A stretch of 64,000 nucleotides of DNA from Deferribacterales bacterium. GTDB taxonomy: Bacteria > Chrysiogenota > Deferribacteres > Deferribacterales > Geovibrionaceae. The stretch covers positions 1 through 64,000 of the forward strand of contig JBFWJG010000003.1 of assembly GCA_050253335.1 (NCBI GenBank), read 5' to 3'. Below are positions 47,562-58,208 of this stretch, one piece after another; positions within the stretch are counted from its first letter, which is position 1, and the number at the start of each line of letters is the position of its first letter. Both the position numbers and the translations under genes were made by a program. The notes under the pieces are model-generated. The model searched no databases, was not told the DNA's origin, and saw only the letters and a program-made list of their open reading frames with translations.

Positions 47562-48500
47562 TTACTGGATGTTTGCAGTGAGGTCGGTCTCCCCGATGAT
47601 GAATTTCATGGGGTTAACCTGAACGCCGTTAACCAGAACTTCGTAATGAAGGTGAGGGCCGGTGCTTCTGCCTGTGTTGCCCACTTCGGCTATCACCTGC
47701 CCTTTCTCAACGTTATCGCCTTCTTTAAGGAAAAGCTTGTTGCAGTGGGCATATCTGGTAACGTAGCCGAAGCCGTGGTCTATTGTGATCACGTTGCCGT
47801 AGCCCGCTTTTCTTCCGGAGAAGATAACAACGCCCTTGGCTGCCGATCTGATGGGGGTACCAACTTTGTTTGCGATATCAAGCCCTTCGTGGAAAACCCG
47901 TCTTCCCGTAAAGGGGGATATGCGGTAGCCGAAGCTGCTTGAGATCCAGCCTTTTGTGGGCCATATGGAGGGTGTGGAGCTCATTATCAGCCTGTGCTCC
48001 TCAAGGAAGTCGGAAAGCTCCGAAAGGCTCGCCGCCCTCTTTTCAAGCTCAAGGCCGAGGGTAACAAGGTTTTCGTTAAGTTCCTCAAAGAACTCCTTTT
48101 CCTTCCTCTCGCTCACTGCTGAGAGATCCTGAATAATGTCGACTTCTTTACCGCCGATGGCAAGCTGTTTCTGAGGAACAGGGCCGTTGGCATAGGTGGC
48201 AAGATTTCGAACTTTGTATTCCAGCTCGTCAACACTGGCGATCTTTTTCTCGATCTCCTCAAGCTGCATTGCGTAGCCTTCTATTTTTTCTTTAAGCTTT
48301 TCATTTTCCCGCTTGAAAACCAGCATATCGTGACGCTCGGAGTAAAGGCTGGTTAAAAAGAAAAAACCGGTAAATGAAACAACAGCGTAAAGCCCCACAA
48401 GCATTATAACCAGTTTTATCGCAGAGAGGCTCAGCTTCTTGGTCTTAACATCACCCAAACGGGATTCGTCAAATATCATAATGGTATAGCGTTTCTTCAT
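47562..48500 (-). CDS. M23-family peptidoglycan endopeptidase with coiled coil
   Basis: 'HEGLDIA', 'TRYAHC', 'GRSTGPHLHYEV'. Confidence 0.92.
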   Translation of the reverse strand: MKKRYTIMIFDESRLGDVKTKKLSLSAIKLVIMLVGLYAVVSFTGFFFLTSLYSERHDMLVFKRENEKLKEKIEGYAMQLEEIEKKIASVDELEYKVRNLATYANGPVPQKQLAIGGKEVDIIQDLSAVSERKEKEFFEELNENLVTLGLELEKRAASLSELSDFLEEHRLIMSSTPSIWPTKGWISSSFGYRISPFTGRRVFHEGLDIANKVGTPIRSAAKGVVIFSGRKAGYGNVITIDHGFGYVTRYAHCNKLFLKEGDNVEKGQVIAEVGNTGRSTGPHLHYEVLVNGVQVNPMKFIIGETDLTANIQ

Positions 48501-48580
48501 CTTACCTCCGAACGCATAAGAGAGAATCAATCCATGTTTGTTTTACATAATAAATTTCTCTTTAGCAAGAATAACCTTTG

Positions 48581-50290
48581 TCAGCGCAGGTTTTCGAGAA
48601 TCTCCATTACTGTTGAAATGCAGTCTTCCTTTTTAACAACAACAGTTTCCCCCGTTCTGCGCACAGTTACCTCAACATTCCCTTCAGCCAGAGACTTTTT
48701 GCCGATCGCAACACGGACGGGATAGCCCACAAGCTCGGCATCGGTGAATTTAACACCCGCCCTTTCGTCCCTGTCGTCATACATGACATCAAGGCCGAGG
48801 CCTGAAAGCTCTTTATAAATAGTGTCCGAAAGATCCGCCACTGCCTGCTCATTGGGGTTGAGGGAAACTATAACAACCTCAAATGGGGCAAGCTGAACAG
48901 GCCAGATAATCCCTTTTTCATCGTGGTTCTGCTCTATGGCGGCGGCGACAACCCTTGTCACCCCTATTCCGTAGCAGCCCATGATCATCGGGTTTCTTTT
49001 GCCTTCTTTGTCAAGATACACTGCGTTCATGCTTTCGGAATATTTCGTTCCGAGTTTGAAGATGTGCCCCACCTCGATTCCTCTGGTGAGAACATACTTT
49101 CCGCCGTCAACAGGGCAGATGTCCCCTTCGATGGCGTTTCTGAAATCGCCGAAGGTTTTGACCTCAAAGTCCCTGCTGAGGTTGGCGTTTATGATGTGCT
49201 GATCTTTTATGTTCGCACCCATGACAACGTTCTTCATGGCGCGCACGGCGTAATCGGCGTAGACTTCTATTTTAAGCCCTGCGGGGCCTATGAAGCCTGC
49301 GGGGGCTCCGCCTGTCTGCTCTGCTATGTCTTCATATGAGGCAAGCTCCGCCGAGGGAGCGCCGAAAAAGTTTTTGACCTTGGCAAGGTTGAGTTCGTGA
49401 TCCCCTCTTACGAGGAAGCAGTAGAACCTGCCGTCAACATTGACAACCATAGCCTTGAGAATCTTCATAACTGGAACACCGAGGAAAGCGGCAAGCTCCT
49501 CCACTGTTCTGGTGTTGGGGGTTTCCTTCTCCTCTGCGGGGAGTATATCCTCTTTCCACTCCTCCCAGTTATCCGCGCATATTGCCTTTTCAAGGTTGGC
49601 GGAATAGCCGCCTTTGTCACTGCTGATTACGCTGTCTTCGCCTGTGTCGGCGAGAACCATGAACTCGTGCGAATATGAACCGCCTATGGCGCCGGAATCG
49701 GCCTCGACCATGGTGTATCTCAAGCCGCAGTCGTCGAATATGCGGCGGTATGCGTCACGCATTTTGCCGTAGCTGACATTTGCGCCCGCGTCATCCACAT
49801 CAAAGGAGTAAGCATCCTTCATTATGAACTCTCTGCCGCGCATAAGGCCGAATCTGGGGCGGACTTCATCACGGAATTTTGTCTGAATCTGGTAGAGGTT
49901 TATGGGAAGCTGCTTGTATGAGGTGATGAAGCTTCTTACTATATCGGTAGTAACTTCCTCGTGGGTGGGGCCGAAGCAGAAGTTTCTGTCGTGCCTGTCC
50001 TTAATGCGGAGAAGCTCCTTGCCGTAATAGCTCCAGCGGCCTGATTCCTCCCACATTTCAGCGGGCTGGACAGCAGGCATGAGAATCTCTATAGCGCCTG
50101 AGGAGTCCATATTTTTTCTTATTATATTTTCAGCCTTGCGGATAGCCTTGAGTCCGAGGGGGAGGTAATCGTAAATCCCTGAAGCGAGTTTTTTGATCAT
50201 CCCTGCCCTGAGCATTGCCTTATGGCTTACTACTTCCGCCTCTGCGGGTATTTCTCTGAGCGTGGGGATAAAGTATTTGGTTAATCTCAT
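48581..50290 (-). CDS. proS: Proline--tRNA ligase
   Basis: 'PTLREIPAEAEVVSHKAMLRAG', 'GPTHEE', 'FRDEVRPRFGLMRGREF', 'MGCYGIGVTR'. Confidence 0.98.
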   Translation of the reverse strand: MRLTKYFIPTLREIPAEAEVVSHKAMLRAGMIKKLASGIYDYLPLGLKAIRKAENIIRKNMDSSGAIEILMPAVQPAEMWEESGRWSYYGKELLRIKDRHDRNFCFGPTHEEVTTDIVRSFITSYKQLPINLYQIQTKFRDEVRPRFGLMRGREFIMKDAYSFDVDDAGANVSYGKMRDAYRRIFDDCGLRYTMVEADSGAIGGSYSHEFMVLADTGEDSVISSDKGGYSANLEKAICADNWEEWKEDILPAEEKETPNTRTVEELAAFLGVPVMKILKAMVVNVDGRFYCFLVRGDHELNLAKVKNFFGAPSAELASYEDIAEQTGGAPAGFIGPAGLKIEVYADYAVRAMKNVVMGANIKDQHIINANLSRDFEVKTFGDFRNAIEGDICPVDGGKYVLTRGIEVGHIFKLGTKYSESMNAVYLDKEGKRNPMIMGCYGIGVTRVVAAAIEQNHDEKGIIWPVQLAPFEVVIVSLNPNEQAVADLSDTIYKELSGLGLDVMYDDRDERAGVKFTDAELVGYPVRVAIGKKSLAEGNVEVTVRRTGETVVVKKEDCISTVMEILENLR

Positions 50291-50430
50291 GCCGCCTCCG
50301 AAAATGATGGTTGAATATCCGAAAAAGGTTACAATTATTCGGTACATAAATCAACGGGTAGTTTTACCATAATTTCTTTGATCTGCCCATCCCGTTGGGC
50401 TATAGTGAATAACGCGCGGCGGGGGAATTT

Positions 50431-52080
50431 ATGCAGGATAAACAGCTCGGACAGTTGCTTATAGAGATGGGCTACCTCACGGAGGAACAGCTCGGTGTAG
50501 CACTCAGCGTTCAGCGTGTCCACTCCGGAGTTCTGGGGGAGATACTCACATCCCTTGCGTTCGTCTCCTCCGCCGAAACCGCCTCCGCTGTGGCGAAACA
50601 GGCGGGCAGACCATTCACTGATATTTCAGGCATAAGGCCGGACAGCGATCTCCTGCGGATGTTTGATATTGAAACGCTGAAAAGCCTCTCCTTCATACCT
50701 TTTGACCGAAGCGGAGACACAGTCCGCATAGCCTCGGCAGATCCCTTTGACATACGCATAAGCGACATTGTCCGCAGGAAAACAGGCTTCAGGCCGGAAA
50801 TCCATGTGGCGGACAGGGAAAGCATCCTCAGGAGCATTGAGATAAGCTTCTACCTCATAGAAAAGCCGGTGCGGGACGAAATATCCCGCCTTATTGTCCA
50901 CGGCGCCGACACCCCTTCCCTTCTGGATAATATACTGCAATACGCCGTCACTGAGCGGGCAACGGACATCCACATCTCCCCGGAAGCCCTGGGAGCACAC
51001 ATCTTTTTCCGCACTGACGGCATAATGAGGCACTGCTTCTCCGTTCCCGCCGGTATCCACGCTTCGCTCATTTCACGGATTAAGATACTCTCCCATCTCG
51101 ATATAGCGGAACAGCGCCTTCCGCAGGACGGCTCCATGACCGCCGAATTTTTCGGCGGGGAATATGACATACGAGTGTCGACCATACCCACCGCATACGG
51201 CGAAAATGCAGTGCTGAGACTTCTGGGCAAAAATCTCTCGATGTTCAGTCTGGAGAGTCTCGGCTTTGACGAATCAGTGAGAGGAAGGCTTGAGAAATGC
51301 TTCGCCAGACCCCACGGAATATTCCTCGTCACAGGCCCCACGGGTTCAGGAAAAACAACCACGCTTTACTCCGCACTGCGGAGGATTAACGCCCTTCAGC
51401 GGCGCATCCTCACTGTGGAAAACCCTATAGAATACAGGTTTCCCTTCATAAAACAGACTCAGGTGAACGAAAAGGCGGGCTACACATTCCCCTCCGCCAT
51501 GAGGGCATTTCTCCGGCAGGATCCGGATGTCATACTCCTTGGGGAAATGCGGGATGAGGAAACAGCGGAAATCGCCATGCGCGCCGCCATCACAGGGCAT
51601 TTGGTTCTCTCCACTATGCACACAAACGATGCGGTAACCGCCGTTCCGAGGCTTCTTGATCTCGGAATAAAGAATTATCTCATCGCCTCCGGCGTTTCGG
51701 GCATTATGGCTCAGAGGCTTGTGCGCAGGGTATGCCTCTTCTGCGCAGTGCGGAAGGAGGCTGACGCGGGCGACATTCTTTCATGCGGCATAGATCCTGA
51801 AACAGCGGCCAAGGGGAGCACAGACGGGAAAATTTTCCTGCCCGAACCTGAGGGATGCCCGCACTGCGGCGGCACTGGCTACACAGGCAGAACTGTGATC
51901 TCGGAATTTCTGGAAACCGATGAAGAGATTCAGGACATGATTATAAAAGGCGCAACACCCAACGAGATACATAAGGCCTCGCTGAAAAAGGGTATGCTGA
52001 CAATGGCTGAGGACGGCTTCCTTAAAGCTGTAAAAGGGATAACCACCCTCAGCGAAATCCGCAGAGTGGCGCTGAAATGA
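50431..52080 (+). CDS. GspE/PilB-family secretion ATPase
   Basis: MshEN-like 'QLGQLLIEMGYLT', 'GPTGSGKTTTLY', 'LRQDPDVILLGEMRD', 'TGHLVLSTMH', two CxxC. Confidence 0.93.
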   Translation: MQDKQLGQLLIEMGYLTEEQLGVALSVQRVHSGVLGEILTSLAFVSSAETASAVAKQAGRPFTDISGIRPDSDLLRMFDIETLKSLSFIPFDRSGDTVRIASADPFDIRISDIVRRKTGFRPEIHVADRESILRSIEISFYLIEKPVRDEISRLIVHGADTPSLLDNILQYAVTERATDIHISPEALGAHIFFRTDGIMRHCFSVPAGIHASLISRIKILSHLDIAEQRLPQDGSMTAEFFGGEYDIRVSTIPTAYGENAVLRLLGKNLSMFSLESLGFDESVRGRLEKCFARPHGIFLVTGPTGSGKTTTLYSALRRINALQRRILTVENPIEYRFPFIKQTQVNEKAGYTFPSAMRAFLRQDPDVILLGEMRDEETAEIAMRAAITGHLVLSTMHTNDAVTAVPRLLDLGIKNYLIASGVSGIMAQRLVRRVCLFCAVRKEADAGDILSCGIDPETAAKGSTDGKIFLPEPEGCPHCGGTGYTGRTVISEFLETDEEIQDMIIKGATPNEIHKASLKKGMLTMAEDGFLKAVKGITTLSEIRRVALK

Positions 52081-53279
52081 TCTTCTCAGTGTATGCGTTT
52101 GACCCGGCGGGGAAAAAGCAGCGCCTCACGGTCGAAGCTTCCGATGCGCAGGAGCTCACCGCATACCTCGCGCACTGCGGGCTTGAACCGCTGAAAATCA
52201 GTGAAGCTTCTTTTCTGACACGCCTCTTCCGCAGGAAGCACAGGGTTTCCCCTGCGGAGCTCACCGAGATTCTGGAGAGCCTGCACCTCGTGATTAAATC
52301 AGGTATACCCCTTTCCACGGGACTCAGGGAACTTACCGGAGACACAGATAACAAAGATGTAAAAAACATATTAAACCGCATATCATTCCGCACCTCGTCC
52401 GGTGATTCGTTCTCCGGAGCCTGTGAATCATGCGGCGGGGTGTTCGGCGAAACCGTGCTGAGCCTTATCCGCATAGGGGAGGAAACAGGCAGGCTGGATA
52501 AAACCCTGAAAGACGCTTCAAGCCATGTTCAGAGGGTAACAAACCTCAAAGCGGGCATCCGTCAGGCGCTGATGTATCCTGCATTTGCCTTCGTGGCGCT
52601 GATGTCCGCCCTTCTCTTCTGGATTATCTATGTCATGCCGCAGATGGCAGATACCTTCCGCGTGTTTGAAACGGAGCTTCCCCCCGTTACTCTGGGAATA
52701 CTCCGTGTTTCCGAATTTCTGGGCGGATACGGTCAGTTGATTCTGGTGTTTGCGGCGGCTGTCTGCCTGCTGTTTGTCTATCTGCGCAGGACAGACATCG
52801 GCTTCCGCCTGAAAACCGACAGAGCCTTGCTGAGAATACCGGTTGCGGGCAATCTGGCATTCCTGTTCAACATAGCCTTCTTTGCCGAATACATAAGGCT
52901 TATGACAGGCTCCGGCCTGCCGCTGTACCGCTCACTGACGGTTATGGAGGAGAGCTTCACAAACAGGGTGTTCACAAATGCGGTAAAAGGCATTATGACC
53001 GCTGTCAGCAGAGGGGAGTCTTTCTCCTCCGCAATGGCGGGGCAAAAGCTTTTCCCGCCGCTCATGGTGAGGATGGTCAGCATAGGCGAGCAGACAGGGC
53101 ATCTCACCGAACAGCTTGCATCAGCAGCTGAACATTACCTTGAAAAGGCTGAAAGAACGGCAAAAACAGTGTCAAAGGTGCTGGAACCTGCCGTGATCGG
53201 CTTTATCGGAATATTCATGCTGATAATCTTCATAGGGCTCCTCAGCCCGGTTTTCAGCCTCATCAGCGGAATAAAATAG
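52077..53279 (+). CDS. GspF/PilC-family inner membrane platform protein
   Basis: 'IGEETGRLD', 'ALMYP', 'GEQTGHL', 'LEP'. Confidence 0.92.
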   Translation: MIFSVYAFDPAGKKQRLTVEASDAQELTAYLAHCGLEPLKISEASFLTRLFRRKHRVSPAELTEILESLHLVIKSGIPLSTGLRELTGDTDNKDVKNILNRISFRTSSGDSFSGACESCGGVFGETVLSLIRIGEETGRLDKTLKDASSHVQRVTNLKAGIRQALMYPAFAFVALMSALLFWIIYVMPQMADTFRVFETELPPVTLGILRVSEFLGGYGQLILVFAAAVCLLFVYLRRTDIGFRLKTDRALLRIPVAGNLAFLFNIAFFAEYIRLMTGSGLPLYRSLTVMEESFTNRVFTNAVKGIMTAVSRGESFSSAMAGQKLFPPLMVRMVSIGEQTGHLTEQLASAAEHYLEKAERTAKTVSKVLEPAVIGFIGIFMLIIFIGLLSPVFSLISGIK

Positions 53280-54458
53280 CTACAGCAGAACAAAACCCGC
53301 GGCGGCTGAAAGCCCCACCACCGCCCATGAAGGAGTCTTCATAAACTGAAGAAGTCCGAATGCGCAAAGAGCTATTATCACCTCGAAACGTCCGCCGATT
53401 CCCTCTGTGAAAACAGGATTGTAAAAAGCGGCAAGAAGAAGCCCCACAACAGCGGCGTTTGTCCCCGCAAGAACGCTCTGAGCGGGGGGCAGACTCCGCA
53501 GTTTTTCCCAGAAGGGCAAAACACCCAGAACAAGCAGCATTGAAGGAAGAAATATAAAAACAAGGGCAAGCATCCCCCCTGTAAATCCGTTGGGTTCCGC
53601 ATGGGAAGCCGCGCCGAGATAGGCGGCAAATGTGAACAAAGGCCCCGGAACCGCCTGAACCGCGCCGTAGCCCGCCATAAACTCATCCCTTCCCAACCAG
53701 CCGCCCGCAGTAACCTCCGCCTGAATAAGCGGGAGAACAACATGGCCTCCGCCGAAAACCAGCGAGCCCGCCCTGTAAAAGCTGTCCGCAATCCTGACAG
53801 AATGAAGATCGGAATAAGAAGCCGCAAAAGGGAGGAGAACAAGAAGAGAAAAAAACAGCGCGAGATACAGCGCCCCGCTTCTCACAGAAAAACGCTTCAC
53901 CGCGGAGGCTTCACCCTGCTGACGCATTATAAGAAAATACCCCGCCGCTCCGCCTGCGATTATAACGCCAATCTGCATCAGGCCGGAAGAAACAGCAAGC
54001 ACACAGCAGGCTGATATTATTGCTATTCCCGCTCTCAGCCTGTCGGGGCAGAGCTTCAGCGCCATCCCCCACACAGCGTGGGCAACAACTGCGACAGCCG
54101 CCACTTTAAGCCCCTTGAGCCAGCCCGAATCAAGGGCTCCGCTGAATGAGGCCAGTCCGTATGCGAAAGCTATCATCGCAAGGGCGGAGGGCATGGTGAA
54201 ACCGACCCATGCGGCGAGCCCGCCAAGCTTCTCCGCCCGCCTGAGCCCCACGGCAAAACCCACCTGACTGCTGGCAGGCCCCGGGAGGAACTGGCACAAA
54301 GCCACGAGATCGGCATACTCCTGTTCGCTCATCCATTTCCGGCGGGATACAAACTCATCCCTGAAATAGCCCAGATGCGCCACAGGTCCCCCGAAGGATG
54401 TAAGCCCCAGACGAAGGAAAACTGTGAATACTTCTAATATATTTTTCATTCCGCTCAT
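53280..54458 (-). CDS. chrA: Chromate efflux transporter
   Basis: 'LGLTSFGGPVAHLGYF', 'CQFLPGPASSQ', 'FGGGHVVLP', 'QAVPGPLFTF'. Confidence 0.93.
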   Translation of the reverse strand: MSGMKNILEVFTVFLRLGLTSFGGPVAHLGYFRDEFVSRRKWMSEQEYADLVALCQFLPGPASSQVGFAVGLRRAEKLGGLAAWVGFTMPSALAMIAFAYGLASFSGALDSGWLKGLKVAAVAVVAHAVWGMALKLCPDRLRAGIAIISACCVLAVSSGLMQIGVIIAGGAAGYFLIMRQQGEASAVKRFSVRSGALYLALFFSLLVLLPFAASYSDLHSVRIADSFYRAGSLVFGGGHVVLPLIQAEVTAGGWLGRDEFMAGYGAVQAVPGPLFTFAAYLGAASHAEPNGFTGGMLALVFIFLPSMLLVLGVLPFWEKLRSLPPAQSVLAGTNAAVVGLLLAAFYNPVFTEGIGGRFEVIIALCAFGLLQFMKTPSWAVVGLSAAAGFVLL

Positions 54459-54545
54459 TGAATCTTCTCCGCTGTTGATATATTATCAATATAACATAAC
54501 AATATCGTAAGTCAATATTGTAATCCGATATAAAGAGGACTGCTT

Positions 54546-54845
54546 ATGCAAAGGGAAGCCGAACTGGCGTTTATAAAACTGCATATACTGCACCATGCGG
54601 CGAAAGAGGAAGTCTACGGAGCAGGGCTGATGGAGGAGCTTGCCCGTCACGGCTACAGGATCGGAGCCGGAGTGATGTACCCTGCGCTTGCGAAGATGGA
54701 GAAACAGAGCCTTATCTCCTGCCGAACGGAAAATGTGGGCGGCAAGCAAAGAAAATATTACAGAATAACGGAAAACGGCAGAGACCTGCTTGCTGAGATG
54801 AAGCTGAAAATTGAGGAACTGCACGAAGAGCTTAATGAGGATTAA
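54546..54845 (+). CDS. PadR-family regulator divergent from chrA
   Basis: 'KLHILHHA', 'YG..LMEEL.RHGY', 'YPALAKME', 'RKYYRIT'. Confidence 0.9.
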   Translation: MQREAELAFIKLHILHHAAKEEVYGAGLMEELARHGYRIGAGVMYPALAKMEKQSLISCRTENVGGKQRKYYRITENGRDLLAEMKLKIEELHEELNED

Positions 54846-54859
54846 AACGTTTCTTTTCC

Positions 54860-55399
54860 CTAAATGAACGAGGCTATTCTTCTCTTTAATTCCTCCGCGT
54901 GTTCAAGAGCCCGTCTCCTTATGTCCTCCTTATCTCCTGCGAGGTAAGGCACAAAAAGATAGCTTCCGCTCACAACCGGCTCTGCGTACACCATTCCGGT
55001 GTATTCGGCAAACTCTTTAATATCATTCAGAAGATTAAAAGCAGGCTTGGACGATGAGTCATCAACCCTGCCCCCCATTGTGGCGGAGGCTATGAGAATT
55101 TTCCCTCTGAGCCTGCCACCGCCTTCACCGAAGGCGAATCCGTCCGTAAAAACGTCAGAGAGCCATTTTTTAAATATCCACGGCATATTGAACCACTGGA
55201 GCGGGAACTGGAAGATAATAATATCCACTTCAAGGAGGGCGGCCTTTTCAGCTTCGATATCGAAGCATCCGCCGGCTGAAATGTCTGACAGGCAGTGCAC
55301 AGCCACCCCGCCCGTTTTACTGAGTTCCTCCGCTATTGTGCGGTTGACAACAGAACTCTCCGGACTGGGGTGACCGGACACCAGAAGTATTTTATGCAT
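54860..55399 (-). CDS. Flavodoxin-fold NAD(P)H oxidoreductase (KefF/MdaB-like)
   Basis: 'SGHPS', 'FQFPLQWFNMP..FKKWLSDVF..GFAFG'. Confidence 0.88.
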   Translation of the reverse strand: MHKILLVSGHPSPESSVVNRTIAEELSKTGGVAVHCLSDISAGGCFDIEAEKAALLEVDIIIFQFPLQWFNMPWIFKKWLSDVFTDGFAFGEGGGRLRGKILIASATMGGRVDDSSSKPAFNLLNDIKEFAEYTGMVYAEPVVSGSYLFVPYLAGDKEDIRRRALEHAEELKRRIASFI

Positions 55400-55408
55400 C
55401 AGTACTCT

Positions 55409-56047
55409 TTATTTCGTTCCGAAAAGCCTGTCTCCGGCATCGCCGAGACCGGGGACAATATAGCCGAGCTCATTAAGCTTTTCATCAAGGGCGGCGGTGT
55501 ACACTTTAATATCGGGGTGAGCATTGCAGAAAGCCCGCACACCTTCGGGAGCGGCGATCAGGCTCATGAACTTGATCGTTTCCGCGCCCTTGTCCTTGAG
55601 CATCTGCGCCGCGGCAATGGCGGAACCGCCAGTTGCGAGCATGGGGTCTATCAGTATGAATTCCCTCTTCTCGCAGTTCTGCGGAACCTTGAAATAATAC
55701 TGCACAGGCTGGAGGGTTTCGTGATCCCTGTAAAGGCCTATATGCCCCACACGGGCGGAAGGCATGAGTTTCAGCACGCCCTCCACCATGCCGAGCCCCG
55801 CACGGAGAATCGGCACGAGCACCACCTTCTTGCCGGAAACCTCATGGGCTTCCATCTCGCAGATGGGGGTCTTTATCTTCACCTTCCGCAGGGGGAAGTC
55901 CTTTGTAATCTCGTATGCCATAAGCATGGCAACCTCATCCACAAGCTCCTTGAAGTCCCGCTTTGAGGTTTTTTTATCCCTGATGTAGCGCAGCTTATGC
56001 TGAATCAGCGGGTGGCTGATCACCGTAAGATTCTTAAATTCCTCCAT
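55409..56047 (-). CDS. upp: Uracil phosphoribosyltransferase
   Basis: '[10 protein letters not shown]', 'DPMLATGGS', '[17 protein letters not shown]'. Confidence 0.98.
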   Translation of the reverse strand: MEEFKNLTVISHPLIQHKLRYIRDKKTSKRDFKELVDEVAMLMAYEITKDFPLRKVKIKTPICEMEAHEVSGKKVVLVPILRAGLGMVEGVLKLMPSARVGHIGLYRDHETLQPVQYYFKVPQNCEKREFILIDPMLATGGSAIAAAQMLKDKGAETIKFMSLIAAPEGVRAFCNAHPDIKVYTAALDEKLNELGYIVPGLGDAGDRLFGTK

Positions 56048-57276
56048 TACTTATCCTCAGGAAGAATCAGGTTGAGAACAACGCCCACTATACCCGCAAG
56101 CCCTATGCCGCCGAGGGTAACTTTCCACATGGAAAGGTTAACGCCGCCTATCCCGCATACAAGAATAACGGAAGAGATGATCAGGTTTCTGGGTTTGGAC
56201 ATATCGACTTTAGCCCTGACGAGGGAGTTGATGCCTATGCCCGCTATCATTCCGAAAAGAAGGAACATGATTCCGCCCATTACGGGAACGGGAATAGTTT
56301 TAAGCACAGCGCCGAGCTTGCCGAAGAAAGCAAGGCATATGGCGAACACTGCCGCTATGCGCATATACATAGGGTCAAAAGCCTTTGTGAGCGCCACTGC
56401 GCCTGTAACTTCGGAATATGTGGTATTGGGAGGTCCGCCGAGAACGCTTGCCATGCTTGTCGCAAGACCGTCACCGAGGAGTGTTCTGTGGAGCCCGGGG
56501 TCTTTGAGGTAGTCTTTCCCCGTGGTGGAGCTTATTGCGAGAACATCGCCCACATGCTCAATAGCAGGAGCAATGGCAACAGGGAGTATGAATATAATCG
56601 CTTCTATGTCAAACTGAGGAAATGCGAAGGAGCCGTTTCTGGAAGCCTCTATCCACGGAATGGAGATCCATGCCGCCTGCATTATGGGCTCAAAGCTAAC
56701 ATGCCCCATGATGAGGGCTGCGATATAGCCGACACAGATTGCAGTAAGTATCGGGATAAGGCTGAGAATTTTTCTGCCGTATGCAACTACGACTATGGCG
56801 GTAAGGAGGGTTATTCCGGCGAGGATTACCGCTCTTATGCTGTACTGACCGTCACCGAAGTGCTTTGTCATCCCCACGGCAACAGGAGCGAGGTTAAGGC
56901 CTATCACCATAATAACGGGGCCTGTGACAATCGGCGGGAGGTATTTTTCTATGGCCTTCACTCCGCCCTGCTTCACAAGAAAGCTGAAAAGAATGTATGT
57001 AAGCCCCGCACAGGTGAGACCGCCGAGGGTTTTGGCAACGCCGAAATTCTGCATTCCGTATTGAATGGGTGCGATGAATGCGAATGAACTAGCAAGAAAA
57101 ACAGGTACTTTACCCTTAGTGACAACCTGAAAAAGCAGAGTTCCGGCGCCTGCGGTAAACAGGGCGATAGACGGGTCAAGCCCCGTCAGCAGGGGGACGA
57201 GAACCAGTGCTCCGAATGCCACGAAAAGCATCTGAAGCCCCAGAATAGTCTTCTTTACTCCCGAAATGTTCTCCAT
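56047..57276 (-). CDS. uraA: Uracil permease (NCS2)
   Basis: '[14 protein letters not shown]', 'EHVGD', '[12 protein letters not shown]'. Confidence 0.93.
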   Translation of the reverse strand: MENISGVKKTILGLQMLFVAFGALVLVPLLTGLDPSIALFTAGAGTLLFQVVTKGKVPVFLASSFAFIAPIQYGMQNFGVAKTLGGLTCAGLTYILFSFLVKQGGVKAIEKYLPPIVTGPVIMVIGLNLAPVAVGMTKHFGDGQYSIRAVILAGITLLTAIVVVAYGRKILSLIPILTAICVGYIAALIMGHVSFEPIMQAAWISIPWIEASRNGSFAFPQFDIEAIIFILPVAIAPAIEHVGDVLAISSTTGKDYLKDPGLHRTLLGDGLATSMASVLGGPPNTTYSEVTGAVALTKAFDPMYMRIAAVFAICLAFFGKLGAVLKTIPVPVMGGIMFLLFGMIAGIGINSLVRAKVDMSKPRNLIISSVILVCGIGGVNLSMWKVTLGGIGLAGIVGVVLNLILPEDK

Positions 57277-57298
57277 AAAACCTCCTTAATATAATAAT

Positions 57299-57812
57299 AA
57301 AAATTTTTCCATCCCTGGAAAATTTTTATACACACTCGCGGTCTGTAAAACAGACCTTCGTTCGCACGGCGCGCTCCCTTCTACTTAACAACAGTAATCC
57401 GTACATCCTGTCGGATTACTGTACACGCTCGCGCCGTGATAAACACGGCTTCGCTGCGCACGGCGCGCCCCCTTCCATGGGAGCGTTTATGACTCACGCA
57501 TCTCATGGAAAATTTTATACACGCTCGCGCCGTGGTGAACACGGCTTCGCTGCACACGGCGCGCTCCCTTCTACTTAACAACAGTAATCCGTACATCCTG
57601 TCGGATTACTGTACACGCTCGCGCCGTGATAAACACGGCTTCGCTGCGCACGGCGCGCTCCCTTCTACTTAACAACAGTAATCCGTACATCCTGTCGGAT
57701 TACTGTACACGCTCGCGCCGTGGTGAACACGGCTTCGCTGCGCACGGCGCGCTCCCTTCCATGGGAGCGTTTATGACTCACGCATCTCATGGAAAATTTT
57801 TATACACGCTCG
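57299..57812. repeat. Array of ~94-97 bp structured palindromic (REP/BIME-like) units
   Basis: ~55-bp core TACACGCTCGCGCCGTG..AACACGGCTTCGCTGCGCACGGCGCGCTCCCTTC at 57329 (variant), 57422, 57518, 57612, 57706, 57803 (partial) with two recurring linker types. Confidence 0.9.
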
Positions 57813-57837
57813 TCTTCGCTGACCCTATCCGGCTGTT

Positions 57838-57906
57838 GAGACTCTTCGCATAAGCTCAGAGTGACGCTGTTCAGTGTGTCATTCTGAGGCACAGCCGAAG
57901 AATCTC
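57838..57906. repeat. GTCATyCTGAG...CGAAGrATCT-type REP pair
   Basis: GAGACTCTTCG...CTCAGAGTGAC followed by GTCATTCTGAG...CGAAGAATCTC; same family at 63416-63496. Confidence 0.7.
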
Positions 57907-58208
57907 CATCCCCCTTTGCAAAGGGGGAAAGAGGGGGATTTCAGATGCTGTTTCCCGCTCATCGGCAGACCTTGACCCGCTCTGATTCGGATGCTTTCAG
58001 TCCGCCTTACTAAGTTTTACTCCGATACAAAAAACAATAATTATGAAAGATTTAACCGACGATTGAAGATACGGATACAGCACACGGCGCAAACGCACAA
58101 CAAAACATTTGATATTAAATTAATATTCTTTTCAGATCAAGCGGTGAATAAAAAGCTAATAAAAAAAGCCGCTCCTTTTCAAAAAAGAGCGGCCTCAGTA
58201 TTCCGTGT

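Noticed and set aside
57299..57812. CRISPR array
   Set aside because: The 'spacers' are two recurring sequences, the core is ~55 bp and multi-hairpin, related units occur at 63 kb, and no cas genes are in the window
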